A DNA stretch of 56,464 bases from Caecitellus pseudoparvulus (Eukaryota > Protista > Bigyra: Bicosoecida): positions 1 to 56,464 of the forward strand of contig CBFFRQ010000085.1 in assembly GCA_965644315.1 (NCBI GenBank), given 5' to 3'. Position numbers and translations under genes: made by a program. Every line of letters starts with the position of its first letter. Positions within the stretch are counted from its first letter, which is position 1. A model generated the notes under the pieces. That model did no database searches. It had not been told where the DNA came from and worked only from the letters and a program-made list of their open reading frames with translations. Positions 1 through 12,985 of the stretch are shown in pieces.

Positions 1-3000
1 CTTGCAGACCCTGTCCGTAACTCAATGTTTCCGGCGCTGGTGGTCGAGTACCCCGTGCTGAGGGTGACGGCACCAGATGAGTCTGCAGCCCCAGATGAAA
101 GACTCATCTGTCCCGAGGCCTCCACCGACTTGCCGGTCCAAAGTTTCAGACTGCCGGACAACTTGTGCGCAGACGATGTGTGAACAGTGACGCTACCCGA
201 TGTCTCCTCACCTCTACCGGTGCGAAGGGTCATTTCGCCAGATGATTCAGCCTCTGATGCTCTGGTCTCAATTGAAATGCCGGAATTGCTCCCCCATCCG
301 CTCGATGCGACTGAGATTGCTCCTTCCCTTGACTTGAAAGATCCACCCTCAAGAGCAACCTTGCCTTGCCCTGGTCCAGTAGACTGTGCTCGCAGTCTCA
401 GCGATGACTTAAAACCTGACGCAGACATGTGAACTGCAGCATCATGCTCACTTTCAGAGAATAGCTGAAGGGAGCTGTCATGCGTAGATGCAGAGCTGGA
501 AAGGATCATTGCCGCAGCCTCGGTCTGGCTGGAAGCAGCCAGCTCGAGTCCTGGTGACAGACCTGAAGATGTCCCAAGCAGCTGCACATGGCCCGCACTC
601 TCCGAACCGATCGATATTCTGCCTTGTTTTCCTCTACCTGCTATCCCTGTCACAACGGATACGTTCCCTGAGGCTTCAGAGCCAGACCCTGTTCCGATGA
701 GCACTTGTCCGCTGTCGTTGGAAGCGCCAATTCTGATAAAGCCGCTTTCATTACTTGATCCAGTTGTCAACTTGATGCTGCTGCTAGTTTTATCCCGGTC
801 TGTAGTGCCAAGCGAAAGAAGGCGGGTGTCCTTTCCACCCAAGCGGATCTCTTCACTAGCCAGGTGCAGCAAGCTGTTCTCTCCTTCTGCAACAAAACTT
901 GCTCCGTCCGAAGCTGACAGCACAAGTTCTTCACTACGAGTTTCAAGCAGTCCTCCAAGCTTTGTCGGGGCATAGCCAGTACTGAGTGCTAGATTTCCCC
1001 CCCGTGCTGCTCCTGAACTGGCCTCGATGTTGACTGTCCCACTTCCTCTGTTATTCGTTCCTGCCAGAACGGAAACATTCCCGCCTGCAGAGGAGCTAGA
1101 TCCAGCTTGCAAGAGCACCGCACCAGGGCTGGTCCCAGTCCCTGCCGTGATCCTGACAGTAGCTGGCCCCTCTGGCGAGGCGCCTGCTCCCACGTCGACG
1201 TCTCCAGCACGGCCTGCCGCATCCCCAGTCTGCAACTGAATCGTGCCTGATCTTGATTGGCTGTTATCAGCCCTCAGAACAACATGCCCTGGGCTCTGAT
1301 GGCTCGAAAGTCCTTGGATTCGCACTGCATCGCGCTCATAAGTGCTCGATCCACTCAATTCTACTGAACCCCCGCCCTTTGCTGCGGCAATGATGCTTCC
1401 CCCATGAGCTCCCGTGCCAGCGGTGCTCATGAGAGAAATGTTCCCGCCGCGTTCGTTGGCAGTTCCGGCAAGAATCTGGACATCTCCACTGTCCTTGATC
1501 CCTTGACCAGCACGGATGAAAACCTCTCCGGCAGTTGCTCGTGCGGCTCCGGAACCGACGGTCAGTGCAAAACTGCTCTCCATTGCCGAATCTGTCGCTG
1601 AAAGGGACAGCGGCCCAGACATGTGCCCCTCCCCCGTTGAAAAGCTGATGCTTTTGTTGGCCGACAATGACAAGCGATTGGTGCTACCCTCAACATCACC
1701 AGTGACTTCACCTGCGTGCGTCTGCAGCAGGAGCTGTCCAGTGGACGCACCCTGCCCAGACACAAGTGAGATCAAATTCGAGCTTTGCAAGCGAAGTTCC
1801 CCGCCAGTACTGGAAGAAAAGCTTCCTCCTGCCTGCAATTGAACATCTCCTCCGTCATGGGCACCTCCGCTGGACACAACAACTGAGCCGCTCGACACAC
1901 CAGCGGAGCCGGCTTCAATGCGCACGGAACCAGACTCTTCTTTCGCAGCACCGGATCGAAGCAAGACAGATCCTGAGACAACACCTTCGCCTGATGAAGC
2001 TGAGACTGCTCCGGAGCGTTGGCCAGCAGCCAAGCTGCCGAGCATGACTGATCCGGACGTCTTCTCCGCGCCTCCAGAAGCCACAAGAACACTGGACGTA
2101 TGGCCCTGAGATGAATGTCCGGTGGTGATTCGGAGGTCTCCTCCCTGATTTGCGGAAGATCCAGCCTGGACAATGACACGACCGCCTGACTTCGTGCCAC
2201 CTTGACTTTCCAACAAGAGCTCGCCTCCACGTCCTCCTGCCCCCGCTGCTTCAAGTCGCATTGTACTCCTTCCGCTGCCGGCCGAGTTTGAAGCCAATGT
2301 TAGATTCGTTGCCTTCATGCTCTCTGTGGATATGACCAAAGATCCATTGCTTTTCTGGGACTTAGATGACAACGACACGCTCGCAGACCCGTGCGCACTC
2401 TCGGCCGCCATGCCAAGGCGTGAGTTGCCAGCCGCCGAACTACTCGAAAGAATCAAGCTGGAGTTCTGCTCGCTTGCTGCTGCCAATGATAAAACAGAGT
2501 GGCTTGTCCGGCCTCCCGCTCCAAGCTCAAGGTTGGACCCAGAGACCCGAACTGAAGCAGTATTCGAGTCTCCCACGGTAATTTCACCTTTCGATGCGGT
2601 GTCTGCTGTGCGGAGTGCAACTCTGCCTGTCGCATCTCGACCGCCGATCAACTCAACCTTCCCCCCGTTCAACCCTGCACTGTCACCTTCTGCCGAAAGT
2701 GTCACGTCTCCGCCATTCCTTCCACCACTTCCCGCAGAGATGGCGACTCTGCCTCCTGAGGCCTCACCCGGTCCAGCAAGTACTTGAACACCAGTCCTTC
2801 CTGATCCAGCCCCACTTGCCAGAAGCCTAACTGAGCCACCTTCTGCATCAGACAGGCCTCCTTGAAGTGAAACTGAGGCTGAAGCACCTGAAGTGACTCT
2901 GACATGTCCGCCACTGGTCCCTTGGGAGCTTCCTGCTTCAATCGCGACCATGCCTCCCACCCCCCGGGCTTTCCCGGACTGAATGGACACATTGCCTGCC

Positions 3001-6000
3001 GCCTCAGAGCCGGCTCCTGCTGCGAGCACTACACTTCCTGACGTTTTCGTTGCATGGCCTGAAGCAACCACCACCTGCCCTGAATCTCCTGAGGTTGCTT
3101 TTCCAGAGGCAACGCGAATGCCTCCGGAGGACTGCCTTGCGTCGTCAGTTTCAAGGAGAAGCCCAAAGTTTGACGATGTCGAACCACCTCCTCCCAGAAT
3201 GGACACACTTGCATCACCTGCTTGAGACACTGCTGCAATGCTGACGGATGCCGTGGTTCCGTGGGACGACGAGTCACCCACTGACTTGGCACTCAGCTCC
3301 AGCGCCGGCTCAGGAGTACTGGCGTGTCCACCTGAAATAAGGACCCGCCCGTTTTCTTCCGCATGAACATGAACATCTCCTCCATTTCCTTTGCTTGAAT
3401 CGCCACTAAAGAGCCTGACACTTCCTGCTTGCCCTTCGCTTGAGTCACCTGAGCGGAGCACAATGCTCCCTGAGGAAGCAGCAGCTTGTCCTGACAGTAA
3501 CTGGACAGCTCCACTCACTTGGGCGGCCCCACTCTGTATACTGACACTACCTGAATCCTTGTTTGACGCCCCCGAGCCAAGTACCGCGTCTCCGCTGGGC
3601 CCCTCTGCAGCGTCCCCTGATACGTGCCTGAGGGTTCCACTTGAATCGATGCCGGAACCAGACTGCACTGTTACCGCTCCAGATACAAGGGATTCTCCGC
3701 TTTGAATGCGTACCGAACCTGAAGAAGACAGCAGGGAGCCCCCGGAAGCAAGAGAGACTGGTCCAGACTCGTGCCCAGTTGCGTTGCCCGAGCGCAAAGA
3801 AACAGAACCAGATGCGCCAGACTTTGCCAATCCTGATGCGATAAACATGTTACCACCTGGCGTCAAAGGTGACATCGAAGAGCCGCTAAGCAACGAAAGG
3901 GTCCCACCGTTGCCTGCTGCGCTGCTGCCGCTTCGAATTGATACCAAGCCTGCACTGCCCTGGGAAGAGTCCCCGCTGGACAGGCGGAGCGGCCCGCTTC
4001 GAAGCGTGCTGGGGCCGGTCGCGATCAAAATACCGCCAGATTGCCTGCTCGAGGGAGTGGAAATTACTACTGCCCCAGTCACGTCCTCTCCTGCGCCACT
4101 TCGAACGACAACGCCCCCACCTTCGCCGCCTCGCGCTTGCCCGCCACGCAGCGTAACATTGCCGGCAGGCTGTCCACCCATGTGAGCACCGGCGGTCATT
4201 TCAACACTTCCAGCGACCGATGCACTTGATGAAGCTGCTCCAGCTACAATCTTTATCGCCCCACTTGCTGCTGTGGATGCGGCTCCCGCTCCAGCGAGTA
4301 TTGTAATGTCTCCGGCACTTTGGGCAACTGCATCACCAGTAGACAGAGTAAGGGCACCCGAACTGTCAGCGGGTCCTGTTCGCATGGAAACTGAGCCCGA
4401 TGATTGAGCAGCCTTGCCAGATGACATGCTCAAGCCACCAGAGCGCACAGGGGAGTCAGCAGTGGCAAGGTTGACGGCCCCGGACTTGCCTGACGATGCC
4501 GACCCAGATGCAACTGTCACATTCCCGCCAGTACCGTTCATGGATGCTGCACTCCCAGCACCGACTACCACATTGCCACCTTTCTCCAGGGAGCTTCCAG
4601 CATGGACGGAAATGTGACCGCCTTGTGCCCCCCCGGAATCACCCACTTGAAGAACAATGTCACCAGCCGCGCCCCTTGAACTGCTTCCCGTCTTCACGTG
4701 AACTGAACCTGACGAGTCTGAGCCAATGGCGGTCTCAATGCGCACCTCTCCCGACCGTTGGGCCCCCTTGCCAGAAGCGATGCCAACTGCCCCACCCGAA
4801 CCTGAAATTGATGGACCCCCTGCAATACGAACAGTGCCCCCTTCTGAGCTGTCAGTTGAAGCAGTCCCACCAACGAAGGATACGTTGCCACCTCGCATGC
4901 TCTTTCTGGCGGCAGATGACATAACAGAACCTCCTTGCAGCGTGAGGGACCCCGGCTGGCTGCGTTGGGAGGATCCTGCTGAGATGCGCACGGAGCCTGA
5001 CTCGCCATTCGAAGATGATCCAGTTGCGAAGAACAGGCCTCCGCTGGACGCAGCACTGGAGCGCCCTGAGACCAGTGATATGTCTCCACTGACCCCTGCG
5101 TTCCCCGTCGACACTTGAATCCCTCCACTCTGTCCAGAGCTTGAAACACCGGTTGTCACGCTGATACCGCCTGATCTCAACGAAGCTTCGGCTGTCTCCA
5201 GCCGCATTGCCCCAGATGAAGCTGCACCTCTCCCGGATGAGGCTGATACGTTGCCTCCCACCCCGCCTTGCCCGTGCGCATCTCCACCTTGCAAAAGCAA
5301 GTTCCCAGCGGTTCCTCCCTTCATTGACGTGTCGCCACCAGCGAGTCGAACATACCCTCCTGAGGAAAGCGCAGCACCAGCACGAATGAACACTGAGCCT
5401 CCGCTTTCAGAGCCAGTATCGCCCCCTTTCAAATCAATCTGCCCTGAGCGAGTGGGCGCCCTCCCTGTCGACAAACTGACACTGCCTGAACCCACCGCCG
5501 CTGAGCCTGACCGAATCAAGACAGAGCCACTGACTTTGCTTCCTTGCCCAGAGGCCATTGTTGCGTTTCCACCGCGCTGGCCTTGACCGCTAGCCAGGAA
5601 CACGCTGCCACCTGCCTGAACTGCGTGCCCTGCTTCAAGTCGAAGGCTGCCGCCCTCGCCTCTAACGCTGCCCCCAGCAAACACGCGAACGGAACCCGCC
5701 CCGCCAAATCGGGATGCTCCTGTCTCCATTCGCACTCCACCTGATGCCTCTGATGACGCACCTGTGCTGATGAGCACGTGGCCAGATGATGCCCCTTCAC
5801 TAGATCCGGAGCTGACAGAAACATTCCCTGACAAGCCACGCGAGGAATCTCCCGAAGCAAGCATGGCAGGGCCGGACCGTCCGCCAACACTCACGCCACT
5901 TCTCATGTACAGCGCTCCACCTGCTTCTGCGGCAGAAGTTGACCGACCAGCCATGATTGTCGCCATGCCGCCTTTGCCTCCCGCTGCGAATCTGGAGGAA

Positions 6001-9000
6001 GTACCGGCCCCAGCGCGCAGCAAAACATCTCCTCCACGCTTGCCTGGCGCGGCGGTCTGGCCTGCCAATAGCTCCAAACTGCCACCAGTTGCATCGATTG
6101 AAGAGCCAACTGAGAGCACAAGAGAGCCTGCTTGCCCACCAGCAGTGCTTCCAGAGGTGAGCGAAAGGTGTCCAGCATTCCCTGCGGGTGCATCGCCAGT
6201 TGTGATGGAGATGGTGCCAGAGGAAGCCGCCTCCTCAAGCCCGCCTGCAGTTGCGACGAGCACTGAACCACTTGATGCGCCCGTGCCAGACTCGAGAGAG
6301 AGGTCTGCTCCGCGGCCGGTTACACTTGATCCAGAAAGCAAGGCCACATCTGCTCCAGATGAGTCTGCACTGCTCCCACCTCGAATGGAAATAAGCCCGG
6401 CGCGTCCTTGCTGTGATGCACCAGTCCTCAACTCCACAAATCCAGACTCGCTTCTGGACGAATCGCCGCTTGCAACGGCCACAGTCCCCGACTGCCCAGA
6501 TGCAGAGTCAGCAGAAGCAACAAGCACTGAGCCAGAGTGACCACGAGACGAGGACCCGCCAGAGAGAGAAAGAAGCCCCCCATGACCTGCTTCTGCTACC
6601 CCTCCAGAAAGGAGAACAGTCCCTCCCACCGCACGGCCATCCTCAGACAGAGTTGCACCGCCATGTAACAGTACGTCTCCGCCGTCTCCACCGTTGACAG
6701 AAGACTGTGACATCCCCGCACCACCCCGTACCTCCACTCGGCCTCCAACCGAGGACGCAGAGTCAGAAGTCCCGGCTTGGATGAGAACATCACCGGGAGC
6801 GCCTGAGGCGCTGGAGCCTGCACGCACTTCAACACCCCCAGCAGCTCCTTCAGTGGACATGCCAGACTGAAGAAGCAATGACCCACTCTCTCCACCATTT
6901 GCTTGACCGGACTGGAGGAGGACAGCTCCGCTTGAGCCCGCTGCCGTCGCGCCAGCACTTGCGATCTGCACGGACCCACTCGACGTTGCGGTGCTGCTGC
7001 CACTTGAAACAGACACATCACCACCTTTTCCAACATAGGCCGGACCGCCCCTCAGCAGTAGTTGACCACCTGAACTGAAAGCTCCACCGTGTGCTGCACC
7101 GCCAGCAATGACAACGCCTCCGCCAGACCCTTCGCTAGCTTGAGAAGCTGCGAGAGCATCGCCAGCCACAAGTCGAAGGCTGCCTCCAGAGCCTTGCGCT
7201 GCAGAGGAGCTTCCTGCCTCAATTGTAGTATCAGCTCCGTCGTGAGTCAGAGACACTCCAGGCTGCAAGGTCACCGTGCCAGCCTTGCCTTGAGCGCTAC
7301 CAGTCGACAACAGAACGGCACCCGAAGCCCCGCGCTGGGCCTCCCCGCTCGCTAGAACGAGTGATCCCGACGCAAGTGTGCCCCTGGCAGTCAGTAAGGT
7401 GACCCCTCCACTTGATGAGCTTGAACTTGATCCTGATAACAGAGACACTGCCCCACCCTGATTGGCAAGACTCATGCCACCTTGAAGAGTGGCGTTCCCT
7501 CCAGGAGATCCAAACGCAGAGCCAGCCTCCAAAACAAGTTCTCCTGGAAGTGCATACCCGTGGCCTTCCCCTGCTTTAAGGAGAATGCTACCCGAAGTCG
7601 ATCCAGCTCCAGCAGCACCTCCGGCAAGCGCCTTGATGCTGCCTGCAGCGGCTTGGAGTGAAGAGCCAACTGTACCCGCCTCAATGCGAATGTCACCAGC
7701 CATTGATGATGACGAGCCAGTGGATAGGCGCAGGTGGCCAGATTGACCAAGGTCTGCACTGCCCGTCTGCAAAATTACTGCCCCAGAGCTTGTGGCTGAA
7801 GCACCCGACACGATGGTCACGTCCCCCGATCCGCCAGTCGTGGCATTCGAAGAACCAGCGCTAAAAGCACCAGACACACCCCCTTCTGCTGCCTGGCCGG
7901 TCACAATGCGCACTGCTCCGCCGTGAGATTCCTCAGAAGTGGCGTCTCCACCTTCAATGCTCACACTTCCGCCCTGGACCAGGCCGGCCCCTGCACGAAG
8001 GGACACACTGCCACCAGCCACTGTCCCATCGCCCCCCTGTATGCTGACTTGAGAGCTCTCCTGTGCAGATGCACCGGAGGCAATGTCAACACTGCCTGAT
8101 TGCTTGGCAGCGGGGGCGGATTGGAGCGTCAAGTTCCCTGACACTTGAGCCATGCCGTGACCAGACACGACACTGATCGATCCCCCCTTTCCACTGCTGG
8201 AAGCACCAGCAGCCATGAGCACTGATCCGCCAGTGTTGGCACCATCACCACCCAGCACGTGCACGCCCCCTCCATTGCTCACAGCTCCAGTCTGGAAACC
8301 AGGCTGGCTGTTGCCTGCGGCCAGCGTCACGTCCCCGCCGGAGCCTTGGGAGGCTGACGAGTGCCCTGCCAACATAGAAATGGACCCGCCTCTTGAAGCT
8401 AAAGAGCTTCCTGCAAGAATTTCAACGGATCCTGCCGGTCCACCTTGAGAGTCTCCGGTGCTCAATAGCAAGCTGCCAGAGCTGCCTTGGTCAGCAGACC
8501 CAGTGGCGACGCGAATGGAACCACTGCTCACCCCAGCCCCCACGCCTGCTGCTGAAGCAATGTTCACAGCACCAGAGACGCCAACCATGGCAGATCCAGA
8601 CTCCAGTGAAGCGTTGCCGCCAGTACCATACACTGCAGCTGAGCTACCGGCAAGCAGCTCCAGGGACCCTCCGTGGCTTGAGTTGCTGCCCCCTGCCGCG
8701 ATCGTGACCTGCCCTCCACTGCTCGAGTCCGATGTGCCTCCAACAATGCTCACAGCGCCAGCTGCTGCCCCAGTTGTCGCTACAGTCGACAGCAGCACGC
8801 CTCCACCACCACTTCCAGAGCCTGCAAGAATGCTCATGCTGCCGCCTACAAGGGAGCCGCTGCCACCTTCCAACACAACATGGCCGCCTTTGCTGCCGCC
8901 TATACCTGCTCGGATCTGTACACTGCCAGCCTCCCCATGTGCCGCGCTGCCGGCACCCAGAACGATGTCTCCTCCCCGCTGCGAGGTCGCCTGCCCGGTC

Positions 9001-10020
9001 CAGGCACTGCCGGCATGCACTCGAATGGAGCCAGCAGGCGCATCATCTGCTGATCCAGCACTCAGCACAACGCTGCCGCCGGCGCGTCCACTTGCCTGTG
9101 AACCTGTTGCACGCAGTTCTACGCTGGGGGCCTCCACGGCGAACCCAGCCTGCCCCAGCTCAAGGGCAAACTGGCCTTCCTGCCCCTTGGCGGACAACGC
9201 TCCACCGCCAAACTCAGGGTCGGGCTCAACCAGCAAGTCTCCAACAACCCGGCTCACTGGTGTCAGTGAGGCTGGGCAGGGAGCCTCATACACCGTGCCA
9301 TGGCAGTCAGAGGAAAACGTCTCGGCGACCGATAGGCACACCTGCTTGCTGGCACACCAGGCACATTCCTGGGAGGAAGCACAAGAGTTGCAGTCCAAGA
9401 GACCTCCACAGTTGGGTTCAACTGTGAACAGGCAATGTGGAAGGCATTGGTGTTGAGCGTCTCGCAAGTTGCTGTGCAGAGGGCTTTTGCAAGGTCTGCG
9501 CGCGTGTGGCACAGCCCGAAACGCTCCGCAAGCGCTGCGGAACTGGCGCCGGAGGCAGAGGCAGGGCAGGTCATGTTTGAGGATTCAGCACTGCCGTATG
9601 CAGCCGGCGCAGGCTCCCGTTGCATCCAGCCGACAACGCAAGACGCAGAGGCAGGTGGGCACCCTTACCTGGGCATTGGTCACCACTTTGCAGCCAATCG
9701 GGGCAAATGAGCTCGAGTGGGCCGTCTGCCGTGCCTGGCAGGCAGCTCAGGGTGCTCATGCAAAATCCGCACCCGTCTGTTTCCACACACCGCTGGCACG
9801 GTTCAACTTTCTCCCTGGGCAGGAGAGAGGCATTCCAAGTGAGTACTGGGTACACTGACTACTCTGGTGCGTTCCAGTGCTGAGGACCGGCGCAACGAGG
9901 CACGCACCAGAAGGGGGAAATCTCGTCAGCTACAGTGAACGCATGGCAGCTGCTCGCCTCCGCGTGCTCTGACAGCAAAGCCAGTGCCAAAAGAAGCAAC
10001 ACAGCTGGGAGGGCTGGCAT
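1..10020 (-). CDS. Giant secreted protein (>3200 aa, 3' end outside window): signal peptide, two PSI-like Cys-rich modules, then a very long array of ~14-16 aa Gly/Ser-rich repeats (GG-[SD]-V-x-[IL]-x-[SAT]-G)
   Basis: Hand-spliced exons 10020-9908, 9814-9669 and 9421-<1, with GT-AG introns and consistent phases. They give MPALPAVLLLLALALLSEHAEA-SSCHAF..WEKVEPCQRCVETDGCGFCMSTLSCLPG..CPVEPNCGGLLDCNSCASSQECAWCASKQVC..GGSVVLSAG.. The + strand shadow ORFs from 187 to 8458 all lie in one frame, and the ORF track lists no terminated ORF in the coding frame. Both fit one stop-free exon running off the edge. Confidence 0.88.
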
Positions 10021-10300
10021 TCTGGCCTCCCTTTTAGTTGAAATGCAGCCTCCTTTGCCCCAGCGGGGCGGCCAAGGCTGTGGCGAACGCAGCCGAAGCT
10101 GCGGCAGCCTGCTCAACATTGCGCACGATGACGCACGCTTCTCTGTCCGCCTGCTTGGTGAGCAGGGCGCACAGTGAGATGCTTGCAAGCACCAGCAACT
10201 TAAGAAGTGCAAGTGCTAAAGACATCCGTGCGAGACACACAGATGAGAATGAAATGCAGACATGACGGGAATGCATTCAGGGTGCGTGCAGGCGCCATGA

Positions 10301-11141
10301 TCAGTAGAAGAAGCCCAGGATCTTTCCGCCAGTGTGCTTGCTGTGTGCCTCTGCGTGGTCCATGATGCCCTGAGATGTGGTCAGCACGACATGGCCGAAC
10401 TGGGCAGAGCAGGGGGAGAGAGCAGTGCAGATACTGTCAACCGGCAAGACGTGCAATCGCGACGCCCCCACCGGAACGGAGCAGCGCATGGGCGGTGCAC
10501 GATGCACAACGTACCTGGCGGGATGGCAGCAGGTTCGCCACAACCTTCTCAGAGTCAGATGCCTTGACATCGAAGCGAGGAGACACGACACCGCACTTGT
10601 TGATGCGGCCGATGAGGTTGACGACAACCTTGCCGTTGCGGTGGTCATCCACGATGGTGATGTCACCAATGTAGCCGTGCTTCTGCATGACCCGCAAGAA
10701 CTTGATGATGACCTTGGAAGAGGGGCGCAGCATGCACTGGCGCTTGCCGCGCTTCTCGGCGTTGTACAGGGACTTGAGGGCGTCAGCCAGCACATTCATG
10801 CGCACCTGCGAAGGAGACAAGGCACCACAGGTAAGGGCGGCATATCACATGCATGGTGAAGAGGGTATACTGCTGGGTTGCTGCAGCGCATGCCAGCAGG
10901 TGGCAAGCAGACACCCCACACTGCAGCAGAGGCGGAGGCGAAAAGCGGAAATTGGACCAGCCCAGGCAACCCGACTCGGCACCAGCAACGTTCGAAGGCG
11001 CGTTCATGCAGTAAGCCTGGGCCCACGTGAAAGCTGACAACGCGCTCTTGGCCAGCCAGTGTTTCTAGCCTTCAGTCAGGGTAGCCACCACAGGTACATC
11101 TCGCTGCCGGGGTAAGACTCATAACACACGCGACGTACCAT
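10301..11141 (-). CDS. RPS15A: 40S ribosomal protein S15a (uS8), 130 aa, 3 exons
   Basis: Exons 11141-11139 (ATG only), 10805-10515 and 10399-10301 give [87 protein letters not shown], exactly the canonical length. Confidence 0.97.
10944..10954 (+). promoter_or_regulatory. Recurrent motif WGCGGAAATTG, copy 1 (RPS15A intron 1)
   Basis: AGCGGAAATTG seen directly; one of six copies. Confidence 0.5.
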
Positions 11142-11466
11142 GGCTGATGAAGCTGTGTTGAACAGGGCAACAACTAAACTGCAACAACGCGCAGTTGCCA
11201 AAGGTCACTGGAGACGGTTGCGATACCACAGGTTCAGAAAGTGGTCGTCCTCGGCCTGAACTGGAGAAGACTACTGTTAGTCTCGTAAAAATGAGTTACA
11301 TGAATGATGCAAACATGCATCTAAGCCAGTGGATCCTTCAAGGCGGAGCAACCACAAATTAAACTAGAAACAGGACCAATCCATCCTTACTTGCACCGCG
11401 CATGTGTCTCAAGCTCAGGATGCACCACCAGTCTTGTCCCGCGTTTCGCCGGCGTTTCGACAGAAC
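11142..11466. promoter_or_regulatory. Probable bidirectional promoter between RPS15A and DCAF13
   Basis: 325-nt head-to-head spacer, visibly more AT-rich than its flanks; contains CCAATC (~11376) and CGCGTTTCG (11440). Confidence 0.55.
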
Positions 11467-12952
11467 ATGAAGATCAAAACCATCTCCAGATCGGAATCAG
11501 GGAACACTCGGCAGAGTAAACTGCACACAAGTCAGGTACACAAGAATGTTGCGCCACATTTGCATGGCTTCGAGGCTGCCCGCGAGGTACGTGCTCCGGC
11601 AACGCCACCGGCAGATGTCACCCGGCATGCTGTGGCTCATTTTGTATCACTCGCAGTACAAGAGGACGCTGAACGCAGTGAAACTTGAGAAGATGTTTGC
11701 AAAGCCATTTCTTTGGGCGATGGACCAGCACACGGATGGCTTGACAGCTTCCGCGGTGAGCCCGACGTCCAACGTAGTGTACCTGTCTGGGGCAGCTGAT
11801 GGTGAAGTTCGGGTCTGGGATCTGGCTCACAGGTCCTGTGTGTGGAGAGCGGCTGCCCACGACGGCTTCGTCAGAAGCCTCACAGTGGCCCCCAGTGGTG
11901 CAGCATTCTTCTCCTGTGGTGATGACGGCTGTGTGAAGCAGTGGGCGCTCGGCTCCCAAGCCGGAGCTGCAGCTGCTGGGGCAGCTGCTGCTGCGACATC
12001 CAGCTCTGCCACCTCCACGCACCCCCACCCACCGGGCGGAGCTGGTGGGGAGCCTGAACCCATTGGCGTCTGGAGCAGTGAGGGTGCCCTGCGCAGTGTG
12101 CACGCACACCCTTCGCAGCCCATGTTCGTCACAGCGGGCAGGACTGGTGTCGCTCTGTGGAGCGTTGAGCGTAGCGCGCCCTCCGCGACCTTCTCGTGGA
12201 GCGCAGAAGCAATGAGCTGCGCAAGGTTTAACCCAGCTGATCCGCACATGGTTGCAGCTTGCGGCGGCGAGCGTCGCGTGACTCTCATCGACACTCGCCA
12301 AGCAACACCTGTTCGAGCAGTGGAGCTGACCACCAACGGGAACTCCATCGCCTGGAACCCGCGAGAGCCGATGAACTTCCTCTTGGCATCGGAAGACCAC
12401 AATGCGTATACATTCGACATGCGGCACATGGCAGCAGCTGCGCTCGTCCACAAAGATCACGTTTCGGCAGTGCTGGACGTGGCCTGGGCGCCGACGGGGC
12501 GTTCGTTTGCGACAGCATCATACGATAAAACTGTGCGCCTGTGGGATGCAGCCAGCGGGACATCAAGGGCCGCCTACCACACAAAGCGCATGCAGCGAGT
12601 GTTCACAGTCGAGTACACGAGTGATGCACAGTATGTCGTTTCGGGGTCGGACGATGCCAATGTGAGGGTGTGGAAGGCTGATGCATCAGCTCCCCTGGGC
12701 AAGCTGGCTCCCCGTGCGCGGGCCAAGCTGAATTACCAAGCTTCGTTGAAGAAGCGCTACGCTCACATGCCTGAAGTCAAGCGTATCGCTAAGCAGCAGT
12801 ATGTGCCCAAGCCCATCGCCAAGGCGCAGAAGAGGCGCCGCGAGGCGTCGACGAAAGCTGCGAAGGCTCTCGCAAATATCAATCGCCACAGCAAGGTGCC
12901 GCGCAAGGCAGAGCCAGCAAGGACTGAGGCCATCATGTCGGAGCAGAAGTGA
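11467..12952 (+). CDS. DCAF13: DDB1- and CUL4-associated factor 13 / Sof1 (U3 snoRNP WD40 protein), ~471 aa
   Basis: Exons 11467-11586 and 11657-12952: MKIKTISRS..HGFEAARE|YKRTLNAVKLEKMFAKPF, WD40 repeats, WNPREPMNF, YHTKRMQRV, SGSDDANVRVWKA and a Sof1 C-terminal domain. Confidence 0.95.
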
Positions 12953-12985
12953 TGCGAGCCTTGGTGTGCATTGGGTGCTGGCAAT

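Noticed and set aside
187-9456. Many Pro/Thr/Ser-rich + strand ORFs (e.g. 5764-6540, 8458-9456)
   Set aside because: They are antisense shadows of the Gly-rich minus-strand gene: all in one frame, with TLPP as the reverse complement of GGSV.
10806-11138. Box C/D snoRNA in RPS15A intron 1
   Set aside because: CTGA is present but there is no convincing RUGAUGA C box or terminal stem, so it is not called as a feature.
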